The notes beneath the pieces were generated by a model, which saw nothing but the letters and a program-made list of their open reading frames with translations, was not told the origin of the DNA and ran no database searches. Shown here in pieces: positions 1 through 12,120 of a DNA stretch of 64,000 nucleotides. The DNA comes from Lama guanicoe. Its lineage: Eukaryota. How positions within the stretch are numbered: position 1 is the stretch's first letter; each line of letters opens with the position of its first letter. A program made the position numbers and the translations under genes. Location of the stretch: contig MU054187.1 in the NCBI GenBank assembly GCA_013239625.1, positions 3,607,757 to 3,671,756 of the forward strand, given 5' to 3'.

Positions 1-215
1 GTTTCTCAGTCTCAGCACAGTTGACATTTGGGGCCAGATGCTCCTTTGTCGAGGGGGCAGTCCCCCGCCTTGTAGGGTGTCTCACAGTACTTCTGGCCTC
101 CACCCACCCGATGCCTGTACCAACCCCTCCCCTCCGGGGGTGACAGTCAAACATGTCCCTAGACATTGTCAAATGTCCCCTGTGAGGCAAGGTCACCCCC
201 AGTTGAGAACCACTG
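1..215 (-). mobile_element. MER20-like hAT-Charlie DNA transposon (left end at window edge)
   Basis: Reverse complement starts CAGTGGTTCTCAACTGGGGGTGACCTTGCC...GGGGACATTTGACAATGTCTAGGGACATG, matching the MER20 consensus as I recall it; length ~215 bp fits. Confidence 0.85.
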
Positions 216-538
216 CCGTAGATAAATCTTTCAGCTCAGCCTTGCTGCCTGAGATCGACGCCTAGATACACTTCATCAAAGAAGAAGCATGTTTTAAATA
301 CTTTGGTGTTAAGTAAATTGCCCTCTGGGAGAGTTATGCCTGGGTAGGATACGTCTTCCAGCAGCGCGATGAAGATTTTAGCGTGAAAAACGGAATTCAG
401 TATCCGTTTCATTGTAAAATTTAAAGATACTTTTAAGACCAGTACAAATTCAGTGTTTTCAGTATCTGTATCCATAGCCTTTCTTAATGAATTTTTGTAG
501 TTCTTTAAAAATTGTCTTGTAAAGACTTTCACTGCAGG

Positions 539-850
539 TATCGGTGTCTTTCTGCGGACAGCCATCTGCTGGTCTTTCGCTGCAATGACAGCGTAATCAA
601 ACTAGTTCCGAAAGGAAATTAACAGCAGTTTAAAACCGCTTCATTCAGGGTGCCCAGGGGTACACTCGTGAAGAAAACAATGCAGGCAGGTTGTCAAAGG
701 AGCGTGGGTGAGTCTGTTTAGACACAATTTTGTGTGTAGAATTTTTGATGCAAATAGAATTTATGTTCAGACTTTTCCGTCTGATATTTAAGACCAAAAA
801 CCAGAAAGAGAGAGAATAAAAACTTTCTCTCGAGAGTGCTTACCCATGTG
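539..850 (+). pseudogene. Candidate highly decayed SUMO/SUMO-like domain coding relic
   Basis: Frame from 539 reads DSVIKLVPKGN*QQFKTASFRVPRGTLVKKTMQAGCQRSVG; after a frameshift near 700-720 it reads RIFDANRIYVQTFPSDI*. The spacing matches SUMO FKxKxxTxLxKLMxAYCxRQG and F(D/E)GxRIxxxxTPx(D/E)L. Manual alignment only. Confidence 0.45.
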
Positions 851-1284
851 GTAGGGGTCGGGGGTGAAATGTGGCGCCAATTCCTTGCTTTACTGGGCTC
901 ACATGGAAGGGGGTGCAGAGCCTAGGAGAGCAGCCTACGCTGCTGGAAATGGTGTCTTAATAGCACCTGCCCAGGGTCACGGGAAGAGCCAGGAATTGTA
1001 CCCACACAGTCTAACCGCAGAGTCTGCACGCTCGGCCCCGTGCGATCGTGTTTCTTAGCATCCGTTAGCTCTCATCTGTGTCATCATTAGCGTTAGTATG
1101 TCTGAGAGGTTAAAATCCTACTCTGTGAAATAACATGACATAGAAGGACGTCATATATTTCACTTTAGTTGAGGTCAGAAGTTTCACTGAGCTACGAATA
1201 TGTGTCCATTTTAAGGGACCGTCCCCATGTTTTAGCTCTTTTGATTTTTAGTTTGACATCCCATCCATACCCAAGGCCAAAATA

Positions 1285-2200
1285 ACTCTATTTTCCACAA
1301 CAACAAAAAAAAAATGAGTGAGAAAAGTGGCATTGTTTTTATATTTTTGCAAATCTCTTTAATGTCTGGCTTAATTGAGGAAGAAAGCTCAGTTTTCATA
1401 TCTGCTTCTGCATTCAGTTTGTCACAATATGTTGTTCTGTTTGAAGTATGGGTGGAAAATCTGTGTGAGCACAGATACGTAGTTGGTAAAAGGAAGAGGA
1501 TTTCAGTATCCTTTTCAGGCGTTTGGGGCTATTCTTTGATACACCCAAGCTGGATAAGTAGCAGTTCCTCAAAGATTAGTTACTGTGGGGATCTGAAAGC
1601 ATATCACGGCCATCTTTATATCTTCTTACATTAAAAAGCATTCAGTCCCACATCTTGAATGGCGCTCATACCTTTATTCATGCCTAATTTTGTAACATCG
1701 TGCATTGGTCATTTGGAAAATATTGCTTCACTGACTTATGCAGACCTTCTAAAACATTGACGTATTTCGTTAAATATCATATAAAAATCACATTTCTTAA
1801 CATCATCTTGTCAGAAAAGGCATTACCTATTGGGATGCTGTGAAGGTTCCCAGTGGCAGATGGAAGTTTTCCCAAGTTCTCATTTTGCTTGGAGACCAGA
1901 TTTTGTCACTGGTGATGGGTACAAATCCTTTTCCTTGATGAGATGAGCTCACTTCATTCATTCCCGAGGAAGTGTCTGCCAGTTACTCGTGTCTGAATAA
2001 TCACAGTTTGTCTTTCAAGTTTTTTTTTTTCCCCTCCAGTAAAAATGATGTTCTATGAAAAAAGAGGCTGTTCGCTGTACGGCTCAGTCGCACACGGGCC
2101 TTTCCTCAAAAGAGCTGGGAGGCCCGCGTGATCACACAGAATGTTGAGTGGACAAGGATCAAGACTTAGGAACACTGATCAGCTTTACTGCTTGCCCGCC
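1285..2200 (-). mobile_element. Charlie1-family hAT DNA transposon fragment
   Basis: AGTGAGAAAAGTGGCATTGTTTT...TTTGCAAATCTCTTTAATGTCTGGCTTAAT is typical of Charlie1; colinear with the second copy at ~27700-28790. Confidence 0.75.
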
Positions 2201-2710
2201 CATTTTAGCATTCATCTAAAAGTGTGTTTCTATTACTATGAGTGATAATAATAATTCATCTCTTTATTTTTTAATTTCACCTGTTTCGAGCCACTTGTAT
2301 TTCCTTTTCTGTGAATTTTCTGTCCGGACTCCGTACCCGTTTTTCTGTTGGGTTACCAGCCTTTCACTCGGTGACCTGGTGGGAACGCTCTGTGATGCAG
2401 ATGTGCTCAGGCTGTGATCTGAGCTGCAGGGATTTTGTTTCAGTTTGTCAGTCGTCTTTTAATTTTGCTCATCATGGTTCTTACTATGCAAATATGTTAT
2501 TTTTGTTGTCAATTTAGTTATCTTTTCTTCTATTGCTTTGGGTTTTGGGTCATATTTGTCTCTTACAACTTCAGTTTAAAAAAATCTCTGTGGTTTTGTT
2601 ATGGTGCTTCTGAGGTTTCATGGTTTCAGTTTATTTTGTTGGCCCTTCTGAGACTTATTCTGGTATAAGACACTAGGTGTATTTAAATTATTTCTTCCAG
2701 ATGTACCTTG
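2200..2710 (-). mobile_element. Old L1 (L1ME-like) fragment
   Basis: T-rich degenerate antisense L1 ORF2-end motifs (CCACTTGTATTTCCTTTTCTGTGAATT, TTTAATTTTGCTCATCATG). Confidence 0.5.
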
Positions 2711-3049
2711 TTGCTTTACTTAAAACAAAACAAAACAACAAAAAAAAACCTTAGCATTTCTTAATCTCTCCTGTAGACATCTTGCATGGAAAATAATTGG
2801 TCAGCAGTTGCTTGTTGAACTCTGAGTGGTGGATAGCTGTGGGCTGTGTGCTCTGTACCTTTATATTAAAAACATGGTTATCTTTATCCTACAGATGATG
2901 AGACTTAAAATAGGGATTGAATAGAGCCTATTTATGTACATTATTTTTGTTTTCATTTTAACAGTTTTCTTGAGATAAAGCAACATACAGTAAACTGCAT
3001 GTGTTTACTAAATTATTTAATTTTAAAATTTCACAAATGCACATTTCCT

Positions 3050-4210
3050 GGCTCCATCCACACAATAAAGTTGGACCCCTACCTCACTGCGCATACAAAA
3101 ATGAATTAAAAATGGATCTAAGACCTAATGTAAGAGCTAAAACTTTAAAACTCTTAGAAGAAAACATAAATCTTTGTGACTTTGAATTTGGACTTCATCA
3201 AAATTAAACACTGCTGTGCAGCAAAGGCCACTACCAGAAAGACAACCCACAGAATGGGAGAAAATATTCTCAAATCATATACCTCATAAGGGGCATGTAT
3301 ACAGAATACGTAAAGAACTCTTACAATTCAATGATAAAAGACAACCCAATTAAAGTATGAGCAAAAATTTGAACAGAAATTTCTTAAAGGATGGTATTTA
3401 AATAGCCAGTGAGCATATAAAAAGATGTTCAACACGTTTAGTCATCAAGGAAATGAAAATCAAAACCATGAGATACCACTACACACCCACTAGCATGGCT
3501 ACAATTAAAACGACAGTTAATAATGAGGATTGGTGATGACGTGGAGAAACTGGGAGCCCTCATACTCTGTTGGTGGAATGTAAAATGGTTCAGCTGCTTT
3601 GGAGAAAAGTGTGTCAGTTCCTCAAAAGGTTAAAGATAGTTACCATATGACCTGGCAATTCCATTTCTAGGTGTATACCTTAGAGAAATGAAAATATATA
3701 TCCACACAGAACTTGTATCTGAATGTTTATAGCAGGGTTATTCATAACAGCCAACATAACCCAAATGTCCGTTAACTATGAACATGTAAATGAAATGTGG
3801 TATGTCTATACAATGCAATGTTAGTAATAAAATAGAATAAAATGGAATTAAGTACTGAAACTGATACACGTTAACAAAGAAATGAATCTTGAAAACGTGA
3901 GGCTAAGTGAAAGAAGCCAGTCACAAAAGACTGCATAGTGTATGATTCTGTTCAATATGAAACATCAAGAGTAAGCAAATCTATAGAGGTAGAAAGTAGG
4001 TGAGTGGTTCCCTGAGGGCTGGGGAGGGAAAATGCAGTGACTGCCAAAGGGGACAGAGATTTTGAAGGGATGATGAAAATATTCTAAAATTATTTGTGGT
4101 GATAGCTGCACAACTCTGTGAATGTACTAAAACCATTTACTTGTACATTTTAAATAGGTCAATTGTATCATAGGTGAATTATATCTTAATGAAGTTGTTC
4201 TTAAAAAAAC
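3050..4210 (+). mobile_element. L1 3' fragment (ORF2 end plus 3' UTR, L1MB-like)
   Basis: GGACCCCTACCTCAC...AATGTAAGAGCTAAAACTTTAAAACTCTTAGAAGAAAACATA (peptide KTLKLLEENI), L1 3' UTR motifs, ending in an A-rich tail near 4205. Confidence 0.9.
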
Positions 4211-4379
4211 AACAATTAAGGAAGTGAACCTATCATTGATTTCATAAAAATGGAAGTGGTGGAGAACCTGGATGTGAGATGTCTCAACATAGGATTGTTT
4301 CAAGTGGAGACTGCTCTTTGAAAAACGTTTACTTTAATTGGGAGCATGTGGGTACACACTCAATATGCCATTTATTTCA

Positions 4380-6185
4380 CTTTTTTTTACTTTTTAATTT
4401 TTTATTGCAATAAAAATAACAAAATTTACCATAATAACCATTGTTAATTGTACAACTCGGTAGTGTTACATATATTCACATTGTTGTAAAACAACATTTT
4501 CATCTTTAAATATGAAACTTTACACCAACTAAACAATAACTCTCCTTTTGCTCCTTCTGCACTCCCCATTAATCTCCATTCTTACTGTTTCTGTGAATTT
4601 GACAGTGTTAGATACTTCATACAACATTTTTATTTTTATGACTGGCTTATTTCACTTGACATAATGTCCTCAAGATTTATTCATGTAGTAGCATATTGCA
4701 GCATGTCCTTGCTTTTTAAGGCTGAATAATATTCCATTGTACATAGCATTCATTCATCTGTCTTCAGACATTTGGGCTGTTTCCACTTCTTGGCTATTGT
4801 GACAAATATGTCTTCGAGATCCTCCTTTCAATTCTTTTGAACATATACTAGAAGTAGGATTGCTGGATCACATGGTGGTTCCTTTTTTAAATTTTTGAGG
4901 AATCTCCATACTGTTTTTCATAGAGTCTGCATGCAATTTTACAGTCCCACCAATAGCACACAAGGGTTTCAGTTTCTCCACATTCTCAACACATGATATT
5001 GTGTGGGTTTTTTGGTAATAGTCATCCTAATGGGTGTGAAGTGATACCTCATTTTGGTTTTGATTTGCATTTCTGTGATGATGAATGATGTTGAGCATCT
5101 TTTCATATGCTTTGTATAGCTTCTCTGGGGAAAATGTCTATTCAGTTCTTTGCCCATTTTTAAAATTCAAGTCCTTTGATTTTAGTTGTTGAGTTGTAAG
5201 AGTTTGTTATATATTCTAGATATTAACCCATTATCAGGTATGTGATTTGCAGGTATTTTCTCCCACTCCCTAGGTTTCCTTTTCGCTTTGTTTCCTTTAA
5301 CATGCAGATGTTTTAAAGTTTGATGTAGCCCCTCCCCTTTGTTCATTTCTGCTTCTGTTGTCTGTGCCTTTGGTGTCATATCCAAGAAATTATTGCCAAG
5401 TCCAATATCATGAAGGTTTTCTCCTATGTTTTCTTGTAGGAATTTTATAGTTGTAGGTCTTTTGCTTAGATCTTTAATCATTTTGAGTTAATTTTTGTTT
5501 TTAGTGTAAGATAAGGGTCCAACTTCTTTCCTTTGCGTGAGGATACTCAGTTTTCCCAAGCCATTTGTTGAAGAGACTGTCCTTTGTCCATTGAGTGGTT
5601 TTGGCGCCCTTGTCAAAAATCATTTGATGATGTACGTGAGGATTTATTTCTGCTTTTTTCTTCTATTTCAATTGTCTGTTTCTCCATATTTATAGTAGTA
5701 CCACACTGTTTTCCTTACTGTGGCTTTACAACATGTTTTGAAACAGGAAGTTTGAAGCTTTCAACTTTGTTCCTTTACAAAATTGTTTTGGCTATTCAGG
5801 AGCCCGTGAAATTCTATGTGAATTTTAGGATGAGCTTTTATATTTCAATAAAATTGCCATTTGGATTTTAATAGGGACAGTGTTGAACTTGTAGAGTGCT
5901 TTGGGTGTTTTGGACATCCTTAACAATATTAAAGTCTTCCAATCCATGAACATGAGACGTCTTTCCATTTACTTGTGTCTTCTTTAATTTCTTTCAGAAA
6001 TGTTTTGTAATTTTCAGCATACAGGTCTTCCACACTCTTGATTAGATTTATTCTAAGTATTTTATTCTTTTTGAGGTTTTATAAATGGAACTATTTTCTT
6101 AATTTACTTTTCAGAACAATCTTTTCAGATTATTCACTGTTAATGTATAGAAATACAAGTGATTTGTGTGGCTATTCATTTTTAA
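4380..6185 (-). mobile_element. L1 3' fragment, antisense
   Basis: Poly(T) at ~4381-4403; ORF2 C-terminal peptides in the ORF track (HMKRCSTS...MQIKTKMRYHFTPIRM; ENIGENLHDIGLGNNFLDMTPKAQ). Confidence 0.92.
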
Positions 6186-6399
6186 GTAAATGTTTATATT
6201 ATTAAGAAATTGGGAAACAAGAAAAGTTTTAAAAACTGAAGAAAAGAGACATCCACAGTCCCCCAGACAATCAGCCCCAAATAAAACTTTATTTTCCATC
6301 TTTCCCTCTCTATATTTTAAGAAAAATTTGTTGACTTTAAAAAGGTAATAATCAAACTGATATAAAGTTTTGTACTCTGCCCCATATGCTTAAAAATGT

Positions 6400-7210
6400 A
6401 GTATATGTATTTCTGTGTTATTACCACCATCATAACATTTTGAAACAACTGTTGTATTGTAAATTATTTAATTATTTGGGACATTTACTTTGTTTTGAAT
6501 TTTTCTTCAGAATAAGTGGCCCTTAGCGAACATTCTGTTAATTAAAATGCTTATTTTGTGGTATTTTGTAAGATGGATTTCTACAAACATAATTATTGAG
6601 TCCATGAATATAAATGCTTTTGAGGTTCTTGATACACGTTGCCAAACTGTAATTGCTTTATGAAAAGTTGTATTCTAATCTGTCACCAGCAAAATATAGA
6701 AGTTCCTGTTTCACCACAACTTCATTAGCATTAAAGATTTTGTGCATGTATTTATTTTTAAGACACTCTATTTTAAATGTGCAATTCTTCAAGTACTTGT
6801 GAGATAACACTTTCTTCTTTTTCGTATTTGTCTCCTAAATGCATTTTCTTCATTGTGAATTGACTTTTCAAGACTTTTTTCCATTTATGGCGTGATAATT
6901 TTTCATTTTTACTTGTATGTATTCTTTATAGGAGAAAATATTAATCGTATTTCAGTCACATTTTAGCCAAATATTTTTCTCAGCCCATCGTACATATTTT
7001 ATTTATTCATATTTTAATATCCAGAGGCCATAATTTTTGTATCATTAGATCCGGCAATCTTTATACGTTTTTTTTCACTGCTGTTTGTAAAAGCTTAGAA
7101 ATCCCCTCCTCCTTCAAATGTGTATTAACCATTCAATTCTATTTTCTTCCAGTGTTACAGATGCTCTCTTATCCATCTGGAAATGATTTTGATATGTGGT
7201 ATGTAAAGTA
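6400..7210 (-). mobile_element. Ancient L1 (L1ME-like) fragment
   Basis: Degenerate antisense L1 motifs (AATTATTGAGTC, CGTTGCCAAACTG, ATCCATCTGGAAATGATTTTGATATGTGG). Confidence 0.55.
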
Positions 7211-9039
7211 TTTATTTAAAAATATATACATAGTTTTAGTAAAACTGTTGGTTGCAGGCTAAGAGCTCCTTGAAACAGGAAGCATGACAGTCGGTCTGGG
7301 GTTTCCTTGCCTCGCGCAGACAGAAGAATCACCACGCGTAGCCTCTTGTTTCCTCAAGAGAGGGCTCCCCCTCCTGGCCCCTGCTGCCCGTCCTCCTGGT
7401 CCTGTCCCGGCGGACACCTGCCACAGCTGCCCGCGGGAGACTGCCCCAGCCTTAGCCAGCAGCGCCCCCTGGCGCCGCTTTCGCTCCAAGTGTTCCCGTT
7501 TCAGCTCTTCCTGCAACCCTCTCCACTGGTGTTTCCGGGCAGGCGCCTCAGAAGTCTTCCTTCAGGCTCCAGGACAGCCTAGGCTAACTTACCTCTTCAG
7601 GGTAAAATTATTTTCCATTCAGTTAAGGAGGAGCCATCATTTCCTGGTTGCCTTTTTGTGTTTTGGACAGGGAGCAGAGGAGGGATTGCGAGTGGGGGCC
7701 AACCTTTTGCCCCGACTTCCGAGTGATCTCTTCCGTGAGTTCTGTGAGCCTTTGTACGAGTAAAATACTAGTCGGGGGCTCCTCCTACTCTCACTGATGC
7801 CTGATGTTGTGAGTTGCAATTACAGGTCTGACCCTGGGACCCTCATTAAAGAATTAGGATGGGGGGGAAAAAACTCTTTAAAATCGGATATTCATTGCCT
7901 AAGGAGGAATCTGTAAAATAAGAGGAGTGGGGACAGTGTAGATACATGAAATCTAAAAGTTGTCCTCAAATCTAATTACAGCCAATACTGGACAGCGGAC
8001 CTGTTAGAAAATAGAAAAATAAACTGTCGAATGTCTCGCCATCATTTTCTCTCCTAGGACCCTAGGGCAGGGGCTAATGAGTACCCACATGGCCAAAATA
8101 TGGACAGCGAGAAAGCCCAAAGGGAGGATCCTAAACCAGCCACTGATTACAGATACTCAAGCCTGAATTTAATCGACCCTGTCACAGGAACAAAATTGTC
8201 CTGGGGATGGGTTATTCTAGCTCAAGTTACAATTGCAGGAAATTCTGAAATAATTGTGGAAAGATACAGTCCAGTAGACAATTCAAGACAGTTACTACAG
8301 TCTACTCATAGTAGACTGGCGTGACCCTTGTCAGGGCACTCATTTGAGAAATAAGGGGGAAAACAAGCTATTTTCCTGTCTTTACAAAGCCGGTTTATTC
8401 TTCAGATTGCGGCAGAACTGAAGTTTCCTAAGGGCTTAAAGATTACTCAGTGTTTGACAAACGTTTGGTCAGACTGACTGTACCACATGCTCTAATATGA
8501 TTGGCCGTTCCTGAGAGGGGGAAAATCGCCTTCCCTTCTGAGGTCAGGGAAATTCTGCAACTTGACTCCTCTGTAAGGGGGCTTGCTTCTGGCATCGGTT
8601 GCCATCATCCTGTCAAGCTTGTTTTCTCCTTTCCCTTTAAATTTCTCTGGCTGCACTCTATTATTCCATAGACCTTTAGGTTTTCCCTCTTTGAAATTCG
8701 ATGCCCCGCTCAGCAGTGTTCAGGAAGCGGTCTTGCTTTAGTTCAGTCCTCCTGGGCTGCTTCCACTTCCCGTAGCTGAATGGGTGGCTTGTTTTTCCTT
8801 TTAGGCTTTTGAGGGAGCCCGTACTGTTTTATGGCTCCATTATAAGGGAAGTATGGATTTCACGCAGGGAGTTGATTCGCATGCATCAGAGCAATCAGAA
8901 GGAATATTTAGTTCAATTACTTAGGTGTTGTTTGTTTCTTTACATTTTTTTCATAGAAAAAACACATTAAAATATGTTCCCATCACCCACCTTCTCCTGA
9001 GACACACCCCCACACTCAATTTCTTCTTTTTATTTTTTT

Positions 9040-11000
9040 AAATATGGTTTTGATTTTTATTAGTTATACGTGAATGTCAGAGAGTCAAGTAGTGGCACTA
9101 GAATTATTGCCCTTCCCAAATATCTCTAGGATGCCACACCAACCAGAGTCCTGCAACCGCTTTTAATGTTTTTTTGTTGTCAGCTTTTGTGTCTAAGTCT
9201 GCACCTCTAAATAATGCGCTTTTGTGGATATTTCTAGGTTTGTTTTGGGGGTTTTTTGTTTCTTTTTTGGTTTTAGTTTTAAGTATTATTTAGTGACTTC
9301 TCTTGGAAAATGAGGATTTAGTTTTTTCTCACTCCTATCCCTAGTACCTATAGTCACAATTCCTCTCCATTCATTTTTCCATCATTTTTATGTTGTAGCT
9401 TTGGTTAGATCAACATACAACATCGCATTATTATAGCTGTACAAGGCTATTTTGAACTGAACCATTTTTTCTGTAACATTTTCTTTTCTTGAACTGCCCA
9501 ACTTTTCATGGCTCCTAAAGATTAACTTTTTGTTTCATTTGCTTTGTTTTCTCTGTATTTATCATTAAGTTAAATCCAAACTCTTCTCAAATTGTGGAAG
9601 TAGTTTTTCAGTCCATTCAAAGGCAGGTATCCATTTGTTGTATCTTCTCTTGAGTCTTCATATCTGCTCTAATCTGCACTAGTGCACAGTTGACAGCTTG
9701 TGATCTTCATGCACCATCAGCCCTGGAGAGTCCCTTTCTCTGTATTGTATTATTTCCTGGATCCTAAAAGTTTTCTTCTTTTATGGTTAATACTCTTGCT
9801 TTGACAGAATAAATCCTGAAGTAGTTTCCTGAGAAAGGGTGCATAGGAGTAAATTTGTGAGATTTTGTATGTCTGGTGAGGTCTTCAATCAGCTTGTCCA
9901 TTCAATGGACAGTTTGGCTGGGTATAGAATTCTAAGTTGGAAATGATTTTCCCTCAGAATTTGGTTAAGTATTAGCCTCTATTAACTTTTAGGATCCTTA
10001 TCTTTGGTATGCGATCTGGCTTTTTAAAAAAAATTCTGGAAGCTTTTAGGACTTTCCGTTGCCCCTACTGTTCTAAAATTTTATAGTGATATGTCTTCTT
10101 GTAGTTTGTTTTCATTTATTGTCTGGGAAATCAAAACTACATCTTTTCAATATGGAAAGTTTTGTTTCCTAAATTGTTGGTACTTTTCTCCTGTTTTCTC
10201 TTCCTGGAACTTCTGTTATTTGGGTATTAGATTTCCCAGATTGATCTTCCAATTGCGTTGGCTTGCTATCTTCAATGTACTTTACTTTTCTTCTACTTTC
10301 TGAGAAATTATTTATGTATCAAATTTTCTAATGTATTTTTAATTTATATTATTATAGTTTTAACTTCCAAGCACTCTGTACTGTTTTCTAGGTTTAAAAA
10401 AATAGAATCTTGGTTTTACAAGTAGCCAATAGCTCCTTCTCTATGTCTCTGAGGATAGTTAAGTTTTTTTTTATCTTCCTCTTTCATATTAAACACTTCA
10501 AAAAAAAAAAAAAGAAAGAAAGAAACTGAGCTGTCTGCTCCTATTTAACAGTGCAGCACTAAAAAGCTGATTGGTAACTCTGCATATGTGGATGAACCTT
10601 AAGAATGAAAGTCTCACTGTGGGCTATTCAGGCTGTTTTCCTGGGGCACCTCCATTGTCAGTATCTTGAGGTCTGTTTTCTTCAACTATTCATATTTCCC
10701 TGCCTAGAGGGTATTAACTTGGTTGCCAGACTATGTGAACTTAAACAGCCAGTGCTAAGACTTTTTGGCATCCTGTGGTTACAACTCAGGTGGCATCTCA
10801 GTTTCTCCTAATGCTGGCTCAGGATTAAGCTTTCTAGGGCATGCTGAACTTGCCAGCTTCCAAATTTTTGTTCCTATAATTTTCTCTCTCATTCACATTG
10901 TCCTTGTGAATAAATGCTTTAAAAATTTTTTTACCTACTGTCACATATGAGGATATTAGGAAGGAGAAGAGAGGTAAATGGGTATTTTTGCCCTTCATCC
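9040..11000 (-). mobile_element. HAL1 (Half-L1) element fragments
   Basis: GTAGTTTCCTGAGAAAGGGTGCAT...CAGTTTGGCTGGGTATAGAATTCTAAGTTGGAAATGATTTTCCCTCAGAAT and GCACTAAAAAGCTGATTGG are characteristic HAL1 segments. Confidence 0.7.
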
Positions 11001-11534
11001 TTCACTGGAAGTTCCAACATTTTCCAAGACTGTCAGGCAATTTTAAATTTTGCAAATTTATTTAACATGCCAGCAACGATATTGGTTTCCACAACATCTT
11101 AAATCAAATTTAGTTTTGCATGACCTCTTCAACTAGAATGTGATATCAAATCTTGGGTCTACGCTTTTGCTTCCTCCACGGTGCCTGGCATGGTGCTGAG
11201 GATGTACTGGGTGATGAAACACAGACGTGCTGAATTTGTGAATATGCACATGAGAATTATTTTACAATCAGGTTTATGTGAAGGAAAGAAATAAATACAC
11301 TCTATAACTTTCTCCTTTTATCAGCATTGGGCACCACATTATATTTTTCAGATACCTTTTCTGTTTTCCCTTAAAAACCGTTTCCAACTACACTATTCTA
11401 ATATTTGTACTAAGTAATGACTCCAACTGTAATTTTCTTGGTTGATTTCTATGAGTTAGATAAAATACATCATTTAAACGTTTGAAACAATGAAGCTAAG
11501 AGTAGGTTGTTCCCTGACATCACCACCATCCTAG

Positions 11535-11632
11535 GCAGGGGAGTGGAACGGTTAAGGACATGGCTTCTCACCCAATCACTTAGCTGTGTGACCCTGGGCA
11601 AGTTCTTAATCTTAGCTTTCAGTTTTTCACTA
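11535..11632 (+). mobile_element. MIR SINE fragment
   Basis: MIR core CACTTAGCTGTGTGACCCTGGGCAAGTTCTTAATCT...CAGTTT. Confidence 0.7.
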
Positions 11633-12011
11633 AGGTATACTGTTGGCTGTGTGTTTGGCATATATGGCTTTTATTATATTGAGGTATGTACCTTCTGTTC
11701 TTTTAGGTGTAAGGCTAGCAAGTAAACTGTTTATAATAGTTTTGAATTTAGGTGGTGGGTATGGAGCATATTATTTGAATTTATAGAAAATTTTGGCATT
11801 TTACAATTCAGTTCTGTTTGGACAAACGGGGTTTATCTGTAACAAATTTGAATGAGTGCAGCGCTGTTAAAGTAAGCGCAGTAACTGTGAAAGTAAAACA
11901 AAGGACCCTGTAAGGGTCAAGGTTAGTTCCTAAATACCACCATGCCTGCTAGGGAAGTCTGCTCTGCTATTTGTCTTGGGGAAAGCCTTTGAGATAGGAG
12001 TTTTTAGTAAC

Positions 12012-12017
12012 TTTATT
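12012..12017 (-). terminator. MOS: MOS polyadenylation signal AATAAA
   Basis: TTTATT on the + strand about 104 nt downstream of the MOS stop codon. Confidence 0.8.
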
Positions 12018-12065
12018 TTCTAAAAATCCATCCTCCGTATATGTTTTTCCCTACATCTTCACTTC

Positions 12066-12074
12066 ATTAAAAAA
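12066..12074 (-). promoter_or_regulatory. MOS: Cytoplasmic polyadenylation element (UUUUUUAAU) in the MOS 3' UTR
   Basis: ATTAAAAAA on + gives UUUUUUAAU, ~50 nt upstream of AAUAAA; CPE control of Mos mRNA in oocytes is established. Confidence 0.75.
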
Positions 12075-12120
12075 TGAACAGAAACAAAGACAAAGACTTA
12101 ATCTGGATACAGGTTTTGAG

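Noticed and set aside
538..707. Kinesin-like reading (VSVSFC...FIQG...RLSKERG) in another frame
   Set aside because: The EIYNE/DLL core is absent and I found no other kinesin motif in the window; the SUMO-like frame fits better.
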